DNA of 64,000 nucleotides from Antedon mediterranea (lineage: Eukaryota; Animalia; Echinodermata). Position numbers and translations under genes: made by a program. The stretch is taken from the NCBI RefSeq assembly GCF_964355755.1, contig NC_092671.1:25618070-25682069 (forward strand). The letters are read 5' to 3'. Positions 26,200 to 38,575 of the stretch are shown here, one piece after another. Position 1 is the stretch's first letter. Every line of letters begins with the position of its first letter. The notes under the pieces are model-generated. The model saw only the letters and a list, made by a program, of their open reading frames with translations. It was not told the origin of the DNA and made no database searches.

Positions 26200-27230
26200 A
26201 TCATTTAATAATATTCCATGGTTTTTTTTAAATTTCCTTTAGTATTGTTAAAAATATTATCATAATATGATTTATTTGTATTTTTGCGTGTACAGGGTTG
26301 TTTACCCGGGTTGTTGTTGAACTATTATAATTTCCTGGTGGTTTGGTTTTAAAAAAAAATTTGTAGTGTACAATTATTTAAAAGTGTTGATAAATGCATT
26401 TTAAGCATCATCAGGATTAGTCCTTGCAAAGACATCACTCCAATCAACAGGTAAGTCATCCTATAATTTAATTATATTTCGTTCGTTTTATTGATACCGT
26501 ATTTAGGCATATAGGCCTAAAGTTCTATATTATCAGGCCTTTTAGTTTATATGTTGTTAACAGAGTTGGTATACTGTTAAGTAATCAGATGTCTTATATT
26601 AGTATACCAGATAAAATTGATTCTGAAAATTGGAGATTGAAGAAAATATTATCAATGAAGCCGTTTTGTTTTGCATTCTAGTGGGTCTTGAAATATCGAA
26701 TCGGGAAGTCTATATATAATAATACAAACAATTGTAATGTTACATTTTTTACCAAAATATTAAAAAAAAATACATTCACAAGATTCAATACATAGATCTT
26801 CCTTTTAAACATATACTAAAAAAAATAGTAAACACTATATTCTATGTATCTGACGTTACTGGCCATTACGCCGTTTCGTAAGAAGTTGATATTGTCGCAG
26901 AATGTTACGTTTGGTAGTTGGTCTGTACGTATCTTGTGCTTTATACACGAGTTGACTATTTCCACACTGACATTTAGTGGGCTTGCTCGTGGTAAGCCAA
27001 GTGATATCAAACATTTAGTGTCTGGATGTTTTGTGGCATACTCACTGTGTTGTATAGTGTTTCTGCGCACTTTTCCGGAGCTGATTCTTTTACAGAGTTA
27101 GTTATTTTGTGAAAAACTATACAGTCCAGTGTTCCGTTGTATATTTGATCTTTGATTTGATTTAAACGCAAGTGATTTGATGAATTGTAAGCGACACTTT
27201 GAATAAATTGTTTGCGACGGTAAACCTAGA
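26200..27230 (-). mobile_element. Decayed LINE relic(s): SGNH-esterase-like ORF1 and CR1-like ORF2 fragments
   Basis: Minus-strand reads DCIVFHKITNSVKE...(frameshift)...HPDTKCLISLGLPR...NVTFCDN, then DWSDVF..NPDDA*NAF and KSYYDNIFNNTKGNLKK.WNII. Confidence 0.55.
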
Positions 27231-27782
27231 TGCTCGAATAACAATACAATTTATGTAATGTACCTTGTCTAAAAAATTAAGAAAACTCACACTTGCAAAA
27301 CAATTAGTATTAAATCATTTTTATTCTACAAAACAAATTGACAATACGGGGGAAATTATTACTAAAGATCAGAAAAATAGTGTAGTCTTCAAACACTTTA
27401 TCGATAATAACAAAACAAAAGGAAATGTACAGTAATTTTGTAGTATTTAGTACAAACTGTTAAATAGCGAACTTTTGGTTTCACAAAGCACTAAGAGACT
27501 GTGCAGCTGTCAAGTGAAAAAGTCATTCAGAAACAAATGAGCATGTTCCTAAAACAAAAGGTTATCAAACAGAAAATAGAACAACTATGCAATTTGACAG
27601 GGTTTTAAATTATTGTGCACAAGGCATTTCACAAGTACATAATATAGCACTTTGGTGTTTAATAAATCCACGTTAAATTGGTACACATAGAGTATTACCA
27701 ATCTTACACCCTTTGGAGACAACAGCAGTGTTTATTTTATCACATTACTGTTGCTAAAAAATATATATAAATAATTATTTAA

Positions 27783-29406
27783 AGGGGGGTTCCGGGTTTA
27801 AAATGAATAGTAAAAAATGTAAAATATATTTGTTTGTCTCTTGAACGGTAAAAGTTTCAATTTATATAAGCGCCCAGTGAAGCAGAACGAAGGCTGTGAA
27901 ATGAGGCCAGATTACAAGTGCAGCTACGGCAAAATCACACTGTGGTTACAGAATAGCAAATTCGTGAAATGGTCAATCTTCCGACGACTCGTTATCATTA
28001 ACCATATCAATTACTTTTGTAAAATTATACTTATCTGATGTAATTTTAGTCGGTCTTCCCATTTATAAAGTCAATTTTCTATGAAAATCCATCAAAACAG
28101 TGAAAAATTAGATAAGTTTGCACTTTACGTTTGCCGATTTTCGCACTGACTTAGGGAAAGCCTTCAAAATCAATGAAGCGTAACGTATACATTCCTGCTG
28201 AGCGAGGAGAGCGAGACGACGATACACGTGCTCTCTCTGCCCATGCCTGGCATCGTCACGTGATAAGCAGATACAGTATACAATACCAAACTGGTCGGGT
28301 CGAGTATACCCCGTCTATAATCACAACATGAACGATGTACAGTATTTGATTGAAGGTCGACTCAACCTACCGGAATGGTATAGATAATATAGCTCGAATG
28401 AGAGAGTTGGAATATTTGTAAACATAAGTACAGTATTGCTAATTTTAACAAGTGTAGCCTATAGTAAAAGGCCTGGTAGTATCAATTCGCATAGGGTCTA
28501 CTACACTAGCTAGCTCAATTTTAACTGGGCCGGATCGGCTAGGCTCTAGGCTAGGCCTCCTTCCTACTACCGCCCGGTCTACTTGCTTGATGCAGTATCC
28601 GCTTTTTTGGAGAGTAAACTAGGCCTACTTATTAGACGATCGGGACACCATACGTGCGGACGGCGATCGGACCTTGTTTTGCCTCAATATTTACAGCCGA
28701 TTTTTGTAGAACGTTTTAGATTTAGATTGTTTAGGAGTTTGGTTGATAGGATGGGTTTGGAATCCACTGAGTTTTGTTATTGATGGGCCAATCGTTTAGT
28801 AATAGGCTAGCTAGGCCCATGAATGATGGCCCCAATCAATGTTTTAACGTAGCCATCGTGGCATGGAATCCCTAGTCAGAAATGGCTCTCACCCCGGCAT
28901 GAATAAAATGATTTAGGCTAGGCCTAGCCTAGTACGTGAAGCCGATATACGATCTGTACTATTAATTCGAGGTATAAAAATAGTATAATTTATGACTCCG
29001 TAATCTGTACTAAATTTTGTATTTCATTAAATGTCAAATAAATATATGCTACTACTGTTATTATTACACTTTAGGCCTAGCTTAGCAAATCTACAAAAAA
29101 TGTATTTAACAATGATCGGGTGGTCGTCGTTTGACAGAGGAGAGAGAACACAACGTACAAGCTTGACGTCGCGAGTTTGGAATCCACTGATGACGTGATT
29201 TTGTGAATATCTCATGAATATTAATGAGCTTCCCTAAGCTGCTGAAAAACAGATTTTCCATGAATTTACCCTAAAATGTATATGAAATTTAATTTTTTTA
29301 ATTTCTTGTTATTACTTCTTCATTCTGACATGTCTATATTGTTATAATATTTTTTATTTAATAAATAAACGATATTTAAAAGCAATTTTAAACCCAGAAT
29401 CCCCCT
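27783..29406. mobile_element. Kolobok-like non-autonomous DNA transposon
   Basis: TTAA TSD (27779-82, 29407-10); TIRs AGGGGGGTTCCGGGTTTAAAAT / ATTTTAAACCCAGAATCCCCCT. Confidence 0.8.
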
Positions 29407-29809
29407 TTAAACAATTATTTATTACCAAAGTACATTTCTTACAGGAAGGTTTTCAGAGAATAGTCAGGAAAAAACGAAAATGTTATCAACTTGATTAAAA
29501 TGTTATCAATGAGATTAAGTTTTTAAAAAGTTATTTTTACAATCATATATGACCGAGTTTTATCCCATGCTCGAGAATAATCCCACTCCATAATTTAGGC
29601 TAAATTCGGACAAAATACTGTGGTAAATACATTATTGATAGAATCCGAGTATAGTTCTAACTCCGAAACGCATTTCATGTCCTGGCCTCCTGGGACAATA
29701 CTCAGTCATAATACAGTAATTCAATGTCTTTTATGTTTGCTGCAAAAACATGAGACATTGTTTTGAAACTGAAATGTTGTACTTGTTGAAACAAAATAAA
29801 TTACTGATG

Positions 29810-29871
29810 CTAGGTTTGCTGTTGAACACTCTGAATTAATGTGATGTTATCACCTTTCAACATGATCCGAC
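29810..29871 (-). CDS. SNRPE: SNRPE exon 5
   Basis: [20 protein letters not shown], then TAG; ttttcag acceptor. Confidence 0.96.
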
Positions 29872-32800
29872 CTGAAAACAACAAATAAATATGTTATAAA
29901 CAATTATAGTACATATTTTTACACACTTCCCATAAGGTATAAGGAAAACATATTTAAGCGTGCTTGGCAGGAAAAATCAACGGATGAAGACAAATATCCA
30001 ACCTTTTTGGTTGGAAAGTAGAATACGGTAATAAAGGTATAAATAATAAAATATAATAAATTTAATATAAGACTACAGCATAATAAACACAAAGTGCAGG
30101 TTATAGGACAGCACCTGCTATACCACACCAACGGCTTGAGACAAGTGCAGGTTATAGGACAGCACCTGCTATACCACACCAACGGCTTGAGACAAGTGCA
30201 GGTTATAGGACAGCACCTGCTATACCACACCAACGGCTTGAGACAAGTGCAGGTTATAGGACAGCACCTGCTATACCACACCAACGGCTTGAGACAAGTG
30301 CAGGTTATAGGACAGCACCTGCTATACCACACCAACGGCTTGAGACAAGTGCAGGTTATAGGACAGCACCTGCTATACCACACCAACGGCTTGAGAGAAG
30401 TACAGGTTATAGGACAGCACCTGCTATACCACACCAACGGCTTGAGACAAGTGCAGGTTATAGGACAGCACCTGCTATACCACACCAACGGCTTGAGACA
30501 AGTGCAGGTTATAGGACAGCACCTGCTATACCACACCAACAGCTTGAGAGAAGTGCAGGTTATAGGACAGCACCTGCTATACCACACCAACGGCTTGAGA
30601 CAAGGATGATATTATCCCACACCAACGGCTTGAGACAAGGATGATATTATCCCATATTATCACCTCATCATTTGCTAACAAAATAAATACTTTTCCTCAA
30701 ATAGCTTGTTGTTACGGCGTCAGTTGGATATTTGAATTATATGATATAATTACTAAAGAATGTATGTACAGTATTTGAACCTATTTGGAAAGATGTGGAC
30801 TTATTTGTTATTACAAAGTTTGTTTTAGTGTATTTTTAGATAAATCATTTAGTCTGCGTAAAGTCGATTTTAAATATTGAAACAAACTAACCAAGCTGTT
30901 TCCTTGTTTGTTTTTTCAAATGTACTTCTTCTGCATCTTCAAGCACCAAATTCATGTATTCATCAAATCCCTGCAAAATTAAATATATTTTGATAATAAC
31001 GCAAATATATTCATCTACATTTATGAATGCAGCCAAACTGTAAAAATCAAGGTAAAATAGCCATTGATTGACAAGATTAATATAAAACTGTCTGTATTGA
31101 AGCAGTCAAATGGTTAAGACAATGGAACCGTAATCCATAGTCTTATGGCAAGGGTCCATGGTTCTGGTGGTAATGTAGGTCCAGTGCACTTTAAAGAACC
31201 TAGTACGAGACAAGTAAGGGAGAAGCATGTAAAAGAAAAGTGTGAAAAGTTCACAGCACATTGACCAGAAATTATATAATCATTGAAAATCACAAATGAA
31301 AAACATAAATAAACAAAACTCGTCTTTTTTCGGTCCGAATACACACATTCTTTAGTGATTTATACCGTATAAGTCAAAGTCACAAATCACGCAGCAACAA
31401 TGCGTTAAAAAAGCTGATGAAACGTACGTAATTCGATAAACAAATGAAGGTGATAATGTGGGACCATATAGGTTCTCTCAAGCAGGTTGTCTAGCATAGG
31501 CGGCGTCCTAACTCGCCCTAGTATTTTTATACTTGAGCGGCGTTTTGTGGGTATCCATTTTGTGCTATACAGATGGCAATAAACATTGGATACCGTTTTC
31601 GAATAAGAACTAAAATGTATTTATTCTACATTTTCTTATTGTTACGGCTTAAACTATAAAGAAATACAGTTTGTGATTGTTGATAAATGAGGCTTAGCAT
31701 TTATTAGGCCTAGCTAGCTAAGCAAACTCAATTCAAGAAGGCTCAACGTGTGGGCCGCGATCGCGACAGGGTCTATGGGCCTACTACTAAGCCTCTATAG
31801 CCATAGCGCGGCTAGTGAGTGAACCTACTGTAGGCCTAGCATTTTTTTTTTACCAATCTGTAAGTCGAAGTTTAAATTCGACTTAGGCGGAGTCGACTGT
31901 TTAACAAATTGGTTTACATAGTGGAGTGATTAAGTGCAACATTTGAGAATTTTGATCAGCTAACTGTAATAATAACAACAAACCCAGAATGTATGTTTAT
32001 ACTTTTATGTACATTTTTTTTTAGTAGAAATCGCCAAGCAAGCAATCAGCACAGGTTCAAGTCAATCCTCCTGGTGCTAGAACATGTATTCTCGGATAAG
32101 GTCTTAAAACTGGAGGTCCAGTGTACAAATCGGGCTTGTGTGCCCTCTTAAGAACCTAGTTCATCTTTCAAAAGAGTAGGGGGTTACACCGGTGTATAAT
32201 GGTCCATTCAACCCCTGCTATTGTAGACAGACGAATATGCTCACTACAACACTTACACTACAATATCTTGTTAAATTAATAACATTTAGAAATAGTAAAT
32301 TATATCAATGGTACAGTACTTACAATAATGTGGCCTTCTATCCTCACATTTATTTGTTCATAGACCCACACTTGTATGCGTGACCTCTAAAATTAAAGCA
32401 AAGAAAGCATAATTACAATTACTGTAAGTTTATGTATATTCTATTGATTTAATGATTTCATAGCCGGTCATCATTCAAAATATGATTTTACAATTTTCAA
32501 GTAATTTTGCATCACCATACAGTGTTCTCCCAAAGCCTTTGAAGCGTCACGGTACCGTGACGCTTGGGTTCTCTACCGTGACGCTTTACGGTCGGCCGTG
32601 ACGCTTAAAACCTTATCCGTGACGCTTAAAAATATTAACCACAACAATCTAAAAATAGATTAACAGGCAGGTACGGTACTTTTTCTAGAGCTGAGGAGGC
32701 GCGGCATGCATAAAGAGCCTAATGCATACGAGACACGTGACATGACCACTAGACGAAAAACAAAAGACTGCGTAACAAAGTGTTAAACAACTAAACTGAG

Positions 32801-35800
32801 ACTCCCTTTCACCGGCCGCCGCCCCGAGAGATGTAAACACGTGTTTTGTTACTGCCATGTCTCTCTTTCGATCTCTAGTATTTGGCTGTTGTCTAAAGTG
32901 TAGTAACTTGTATATTGTAAATAAAGTAAATGATTGATTGTATTGTTTTTCTTGTAAAAATGTTATGTGTATTAAAAATAAATATCGATGATATTATTAT
33001 TTTCAATATCACACTGAATTAATCGACTCTATCGGTGGGATTTACTCTTTCGTTGGTAACATACGCACGTCATCAAATGATTTCTAGGCGCAATTCAATG
33101 CTAGCTGCTTTGATCGTATAATACATTCAAGAAGGCTACGATCGTTTTCCTATTTGCTAGTGCGCTAAAGTCTTTATTTCACTTAACTTAAGGTACATTT
33201 GTACATCGGTGCTAGAATGTTTTAGGCCCTACTTCGTGAGAAAGTCGAGTGACAAGGGATGTCACATGGTATTGTGATATCAGTACTGCGATACTGTATG
33301 TCACATGGTGCTTTCACCGGCCGCCGCCAAGAGATGTAAGCACGTGTTTTGTTACTGCCATGTCTCTCTTTCGAATGTTTTCCTATTTCCTAGTGCGCTA
33401 TGAAGTCTTATTTCCGGGCAACTAGAGGTGTCTTACTAATGAGTAGGCCTAGTTTTATTTCATCGGGACTTGCCCCCGATGTTTGTATTTGAACGCAAAA
33501 AATGTTTTTTATCGCATATGTTTACCCGCCGGCGGAAAAAAAAAGTAGGCTACGATCGTTTTAATGTTTGCTAACGCGCTATGAGGTGTCGTTTCCGGCT
33601 AACTACAGTTGCCTACTGATAAGGCATATTTTTTTCTTCATATATCGCGTACAGTATGTTTACCTGCGGAAAAGTAGGCTCAATCGGGCTGTTTGCTAGC
33701 GCGCTATGAAGTGTCCTTTCCGGCCAACTACAGAGTTGTCCTACTGATGAGTAGGCATTTTTTATTTCATCGGGGAATTCCCCTTGACGTTCGTACTGAA
33801 CGCAAAAAATGTTTCTTATCGCGTATGTTTACCGGCGGAAAAAGCAGGCTACAGACGATCGTGCGGTTTGCTAGCGCGCTATGAAGTGTCTTTCCGACCA
33901 ACTACAGAGTTGTTCTACTCATGAGTAGGCCTAGTTTTATTTCATCGGGGAATTCCCCTTGACGTTCGTATTGAACGCAAAAACATTTTTTTATCGCGTA
34001 TGTTTACTGGCGGAAAAAGTATGCTACGATGGTTTTACTGTTTGCTAGTGCGCTATAAAGTTTCGTTTCTGGCCAACTAGAGTTGTCCTACTGATGAGTA
34101 GGCTAATAGATTAGGCCTATTTTTTTCATTGGGGCTTCCCCCTGACGTTCGTAATGAACGCAAAAAATGTTTCTTCGCGTATGTTTACCGGCGGAAAAAG
34201 TTGGCTACGATCGTTTTGTTGTTTGCTAGCGCGCTATAAGTGTTATTTCCGGCCAAACCAGAGGTGTCATTCAACATAAATGTTATGTGCGAGAGTACCA
34301 TTTCCGGCCATCTAGGGTGTAAATTACCAAAAATCGCTTCGCCACAGCCCCAACCATGGTGGGGCTGTGACTCAAGTACTTAGTGTTGGAATGCCCCCTC
34401 CCCCCTTGGGGGGGGGGGGGGGGGGGGATTCCGACACTAAGAGTACCATGGGGCTGTGACTCAAGTACTTAGTGTCGGAATGCCCCCTCCCCCCTCGGGG
34501 GGGGGGGGGGGGGTTAAGCGTGACGCTTGATGTGAATCCTGGGGAGAACACTGCCATATACAATACCAATTTTCGGGAATGGGGCTGGGTGGTACTGTAG
34601 GAGATGTTTGTCTTCGTACTACAGTCAGATAGTGTCACTTTTTAATGCTTTCTATTGGAATATAATGTTGTTGGTTCTATACTACTACACTCTGAATAAA
34701 AGCCAGGCATAAAAGTATAGAAAATAAAAGTACAAATTACTTACATTTTGGAGGTACCTGAAAATAAGGTTCTACAACACATGTCAAGGAATTTAAACTG
34801 GTAGGTACTTACTTACTGTCGTTTAATTATCTGTCTAATTCATAATTTTCTAAGGGATTATTTAAAGATGTACAGTAGAACCTTTGTTTTACGTACCCTG
34901 ATTTTACGTACGCATAAAATGACGTCATTAATTTTCAGTATTTTATTACATGGTGTTATTTTCTTACATTGAGAGCGCTATTTAACAATTACAATTTCCG
35001 ATAAAAATGTCAGTATAATTTACATGTATTGTAACCTCATGATTTGCACTGTACAAAAACAGCATAATAATCTTATCAGATTGCTTATTAACTTTAACCT
35101 AGGCCTAGCTAAGCCGTCTGCTCAGCCTAGCTAGCCTTGAATTTTTTTCTAGGCCTATATGCATTTATGGGTTTGAAAATACTTGGTCGTTTCGCCCCAT
35201 TTATCATTCCTGGGTTTTCTCGCACATTAAGAATTGTTAAATACAAAATCCTATACAGAACAAGAGTAGTAAAGTGATGTGGAAGCTTAGGCCTGACTGA
35301 AAAGCAAATATTCAGGCACCCTATCATGGCCCAATGGGTAGGCCGAGGTTGGGTGCCAGCAGAACAAACTTCACTGCTGAGTGTAAGCCTAGCTAGAGGC
35401 CAAGCAGCATCGGTACATACCTACACTCTCTAGTAGGCCTAGCTTTATTGAATATATAACCACATCTTTCTTAAATCTCGTTAAATTTGACATTTTAGTA
35501 ATAGTCTCATAATCACATTATTACACTGTGAAACATGATAGGGTCACATTCAGAATGTTTTAATATACTTTTTGCCCGTCAAAAATAACATCACATCAAA
35601 AAAACAGATCGCCAGCTGCAGTAGTGTGATTGTGAAAAATGTCACGTGATCATACTCCCTAGCAAAATAAAAAACCCAATTGGACCCGAACGGGGGAAAG
35701 TGTCTATTTACGCAAAATTGCGCAATGTATATGCGGTAACAATACCAGAAATAGAAAGATCTGGAAAAATTACATAAAACTACATTTAAAATTTTTTTTT

Positions 35801-37339
35801 TAGTGAAGAAATTAATTTTTTAGGATTATTCAAATATACCCCCTTTTGCATGTAAAAGAATAGGAAATTACAAGGTATCCCCCAAAAACGCAAAAAGGCG
35901 TGATTTTCAAGAAACTCGTACTCATTGAAAAAAATTTCAAAAAAATATGAAGTATGGGGGATGATAGTTTTAAATAATAGTTGAAATGTATGAAAAATAG
36001 TAATTTTCTGGGTGGAGCTCCACTTTAACATTGTAAAATTCAATAAAATATGATATTAAAAGATAGTAAATAAAAAATGATAATTATTTAACCTCATTCG
36101 AAGAACATCAATACTCTATTAGTCCTGAGAGACAACGTGATTTTACGTGGTAGGCCTACACACGAGAAAAATATTATGGAGTGCACTGCATTTTTACATT
36201 TAAACAATTAAATTATTAAATATGACTATGATTCAGGGACGATTCGGCCCGGGACTATTCGGCCCACTTTTGGGCCAAAAACATCCCACTTTAGACCAAA
36301 TTTATATTCATTTTTTTTGGTATTTATCAAGGTTTTTAAAGGTGTTTCAATCCGTATTTTATTGATATTGACAATTTTGATATAATATATATAATAAATT
36401 ACTAAAAAAACGTAATTTTATATTCAATTTATTACTTCGAAAAACTTGTTTATTTCGTGCATTCGCCAAGCGGCCAACAGAGGGCGTAACTTGTTTACAT
36501 CGTTCGTGTGACTAAAAAATGATCATTTTCGACAATGTTTTCAAAATGTTTGCTTTATTGCATCTTTATCCCTAGTAGTAGTAGTAGTATAGTAGTAGTA
36601 CTACCCCATAGTCTCTCTAAAAATAAAGTTTGGGGAAAAAAGCTTATTTTATGCTTATAAATGCATATCACATTCGATAAATGTAAGTGTGCCGAATCGT
36701 CTCAGGGCCGAATCATCCCGCTACCATGACTATGGTACTTTCCTTTGCTGTTTTGTTATGGCGATTCAAACCAACAAAATTGTAGTATGTAATTATATAT
36801 ATTATAATTATTTATTTTCATGACACAATAAACCTAAGACCATAAAACCTATGTACTATAAGGACACCACTCTAATCACTAGGCGAAATGTCGTAAAAGA
36901 CGCACTGGGCGCTTCATAGAAATTACCGGCGGCTCAACTTGTCGGCAGCCCAACCGGTCATATCCCCCCTAGCTAGGCGGCAAGCTAGGCCTAGTTTTTA
37001 GTTAAGATTAAGAAGCCCTTTCGACTACAGAGAGTGTAGTTATGGAGTACGAGCCTTTTCCGCAAACTCCTGCCAGACTGACACTCTAGATCTAGCTAGA
37101 AGGTTATTAGCCTAGGCCTCATACAGGTAGTAGGCCCTGCAGCCCTACTACACCACCTTACTACTTACAAACAAAACTAGCTAGGCCTAGGACTAGCGGG
37201 ACTAGCAAGCAAGACCACCATCAAATCTAGGCTAGGCCCTAGTTAGGCCTAGTTAATAAAACAAAAATATTTTTCAGAAATAAAAGGATACTATCGGTTG
37301 TACCATAACCTTCTGGACTTTTTGACCTTTGTAAGCCAT
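29810..37339 (-). CDS. SNRPE: Small nuclear ribonucleoprotein E (Sm E), 5 exons, 92 aa
   Basis: Exons 37339-37292, 34771-34745, 32386-32324, 30970-30892, 29871-29810 give [92 protein letters not shown]. Confidence 0.97.
30092..30653. repeat. 51-bp minisatellite (about 10 copies) plus a short terminal duplication, in SNRPE intron 4
   Basis: Unit CAAGTGCAGGTTATAGGACAGCACCTGCTATACCACACCAACGGCTTGAGA. Confidence 0.97.
30892..30970 (-). CDS. SNRPE: SNRPE exon 4
   Basis: [26 protein letters not shown]; ttgcag/gttagt. Confidence 0.96.
32324..32386 (-). CDS. SNRPE: SNRPE exon 3
   Basis: [21 protein letters not shown]; ttttag/gtaagt. Confidence 0.96.
32520..34553. mobile_element. Non-autonomous hAT-like element with 5-bp TSD, in SNRPE intron 2
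   Basis: TIR CAGTGTTCTCCC / GGGAGAACACTG; CCATA on both sides; subterminal CGTGACGCTT repeats; internal array of about 180-bp units (about 33370-34265). Confidence 0.85.
34745..34771 (-). CDS. SNRPE: SNRPE exon 2 (27 nt)
   Basis: NLIFRYLQN; tgtag/gtaagt. Confidence 0.95.
34772..37291 (-). other. SNRPE: U12-type (minor spliceosome) GT-AG intron 1 of SNRPE
   Basis: 5' splice site GTATCCTTT. Branch site TTCCTTGAC (34791-34783) lies 11 nt before the exon, with no polypyrimidine tract. Confidence 0.93.
36230..36725. mobile_element. MITE with 8-9-bp TSD nested in the second copy of the 16703-family element
   Basis: Ends GATTCAGGGACGATTCGGCCC / GGGCCGAATCATCCCGCTACC; ATGACTAT(G) duplicated; absent from the 17 kb copy; a related end at about 19600. 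Confidence 0.8.
37292..37339 (-). CDS. SNRPE: SNRPE exon 1
   Basis: [16 protein letters not shown], followed by a GTATCCTTT U12 donor. Confidence 0.95.
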
Positions 37340-37729
37340 TTTGTAAACTTATACGAGTAAGATTAAATGTAATTGAGATTGATAATAAGAAGCGACAAAA
37401 CGACAACCATGCGTTTTGAACTTAAAAATGAGAAAGCAAACAAATGATGCTGTTAATTGCTGCCCCCAGCGTTGCAACGGTTCAAAAAAGATGTTTATAC
37501 CTCGGCGGTGGTTTCTAGGGGGTACTTCATGTTTCTGCAGAAGACGGTTTTATTTCTTTTGTCAAAAAATTAAAAATAAAAATGTTCTAAATAACCTATA
37601 CATTTTTTATTGCAAAATGTACATTAGTTTGAGCAAGAGCAACACGTACGTTTGTTGGATAAATAGTGGTAAAATAAGATTTTCCAATTGGAACTGTAGC
37701 ATCATTCTTAACCATAGGCCTACGCATCA

Positions 37730-38575
37730 GGTGCGGACCTTGGGGGGTTGCCTTAGTGGCCCGGGAAACAACCTTAAGTTCATACTAAATGTTTCTGTCA
37801 CTAAATTAAAATTTAAGTCCTATTTCATCGTAGGCCTATACAATATCCATATTTACAGTATATGTTACAACAGTTTTGTTGCTAGCTTTGTGGAAATTAG
37901 TAAAAGAAGTAATTCAATTCAATTCAATTCAACTTTATTTCAGACAAACTGTCCATATGAAACATATAAATACAATAAAAAATAATACAAAGCATTATGC
38001 GACAACCGTTATGGAGAGGGGACTAATAATTATTTGTTGACATATAGTGCCTCTTAAAATACATGTGGATTATGTTTTGGGATTTATTGGATGTAGACTG
38101 TAGACATTATTATATTGTAATTATAATGATGGCGCCAATGAATTTAACGACCTTCACAATCAATATTTCTTTGTAACAAAATTAATTTTAAATGGAAAGC
38201 TAAAAAAAGAATCCTCCGCTTCATCACTCTAATAATTAGACTAAAACGTATCTTTGTTAAGTTACTTTCAATACATTTTCATAACACGCAATCTATTTTT
38301 CAACAATATAATAGAATAATATGATTTTAATTGAATAGTGAGGGATTAGTTACAGTGTTGAATTTGAACAAACCATTTTTTCAATTTAATAAAAACCCAA
38401 AATGAACTTGCTGTTACAATATATAACATACGGTATTTATTCAAAGAAACGCTCTACTACACATAATAAATTAATTATTGCGTTTTGCCGGGGGTTTCCG
38501 ATAATTTAAGGCCAAATCATAATTGTGCGTATTGTTTTGTATTTCCGATTCTTGTCGTACCTTATTTTATCTTCA
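37730..38575 (+). repeat. Dispersed duplicated segments (match 39580-39890 and 45695-45990), with a LINE 3' tail inserted at about 37912-38125
   Basis: Direct sequence similarity. The (AATTC)n-tailed insert is absent from the 45740 copy (AGAAGTAATGCTGGCGCC). Confidence 0.7.

Noticed and set aside
29919-30609. 223-aa Cys-rich and 171-aa repeat ORFs
   Set aside because: Translations of the 51-bp minisatellite within SNRPE intron 4, without proper starts.
32030-32250. Possible SINE core in SNRPE intron 3 (similar piece near 31140-31230)
   Set aside because: The resemblance is from memory only; no clear Pol III boxes or boundaries, so it was not annotated.
33735-34130. Hammerhead cores (CTGATGA) in the 180-bp array
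   Set aside because: No stem II followed by GAAA; the motif is part of a CCTACTCATGAGTAGG palindrome.
37416-37985. 189-aa ORF upstream of SNRPE
   Set aside because: Non-ATG start, AT-rich composition, and it runs through duplicated repeat sequence and a LINE tail.
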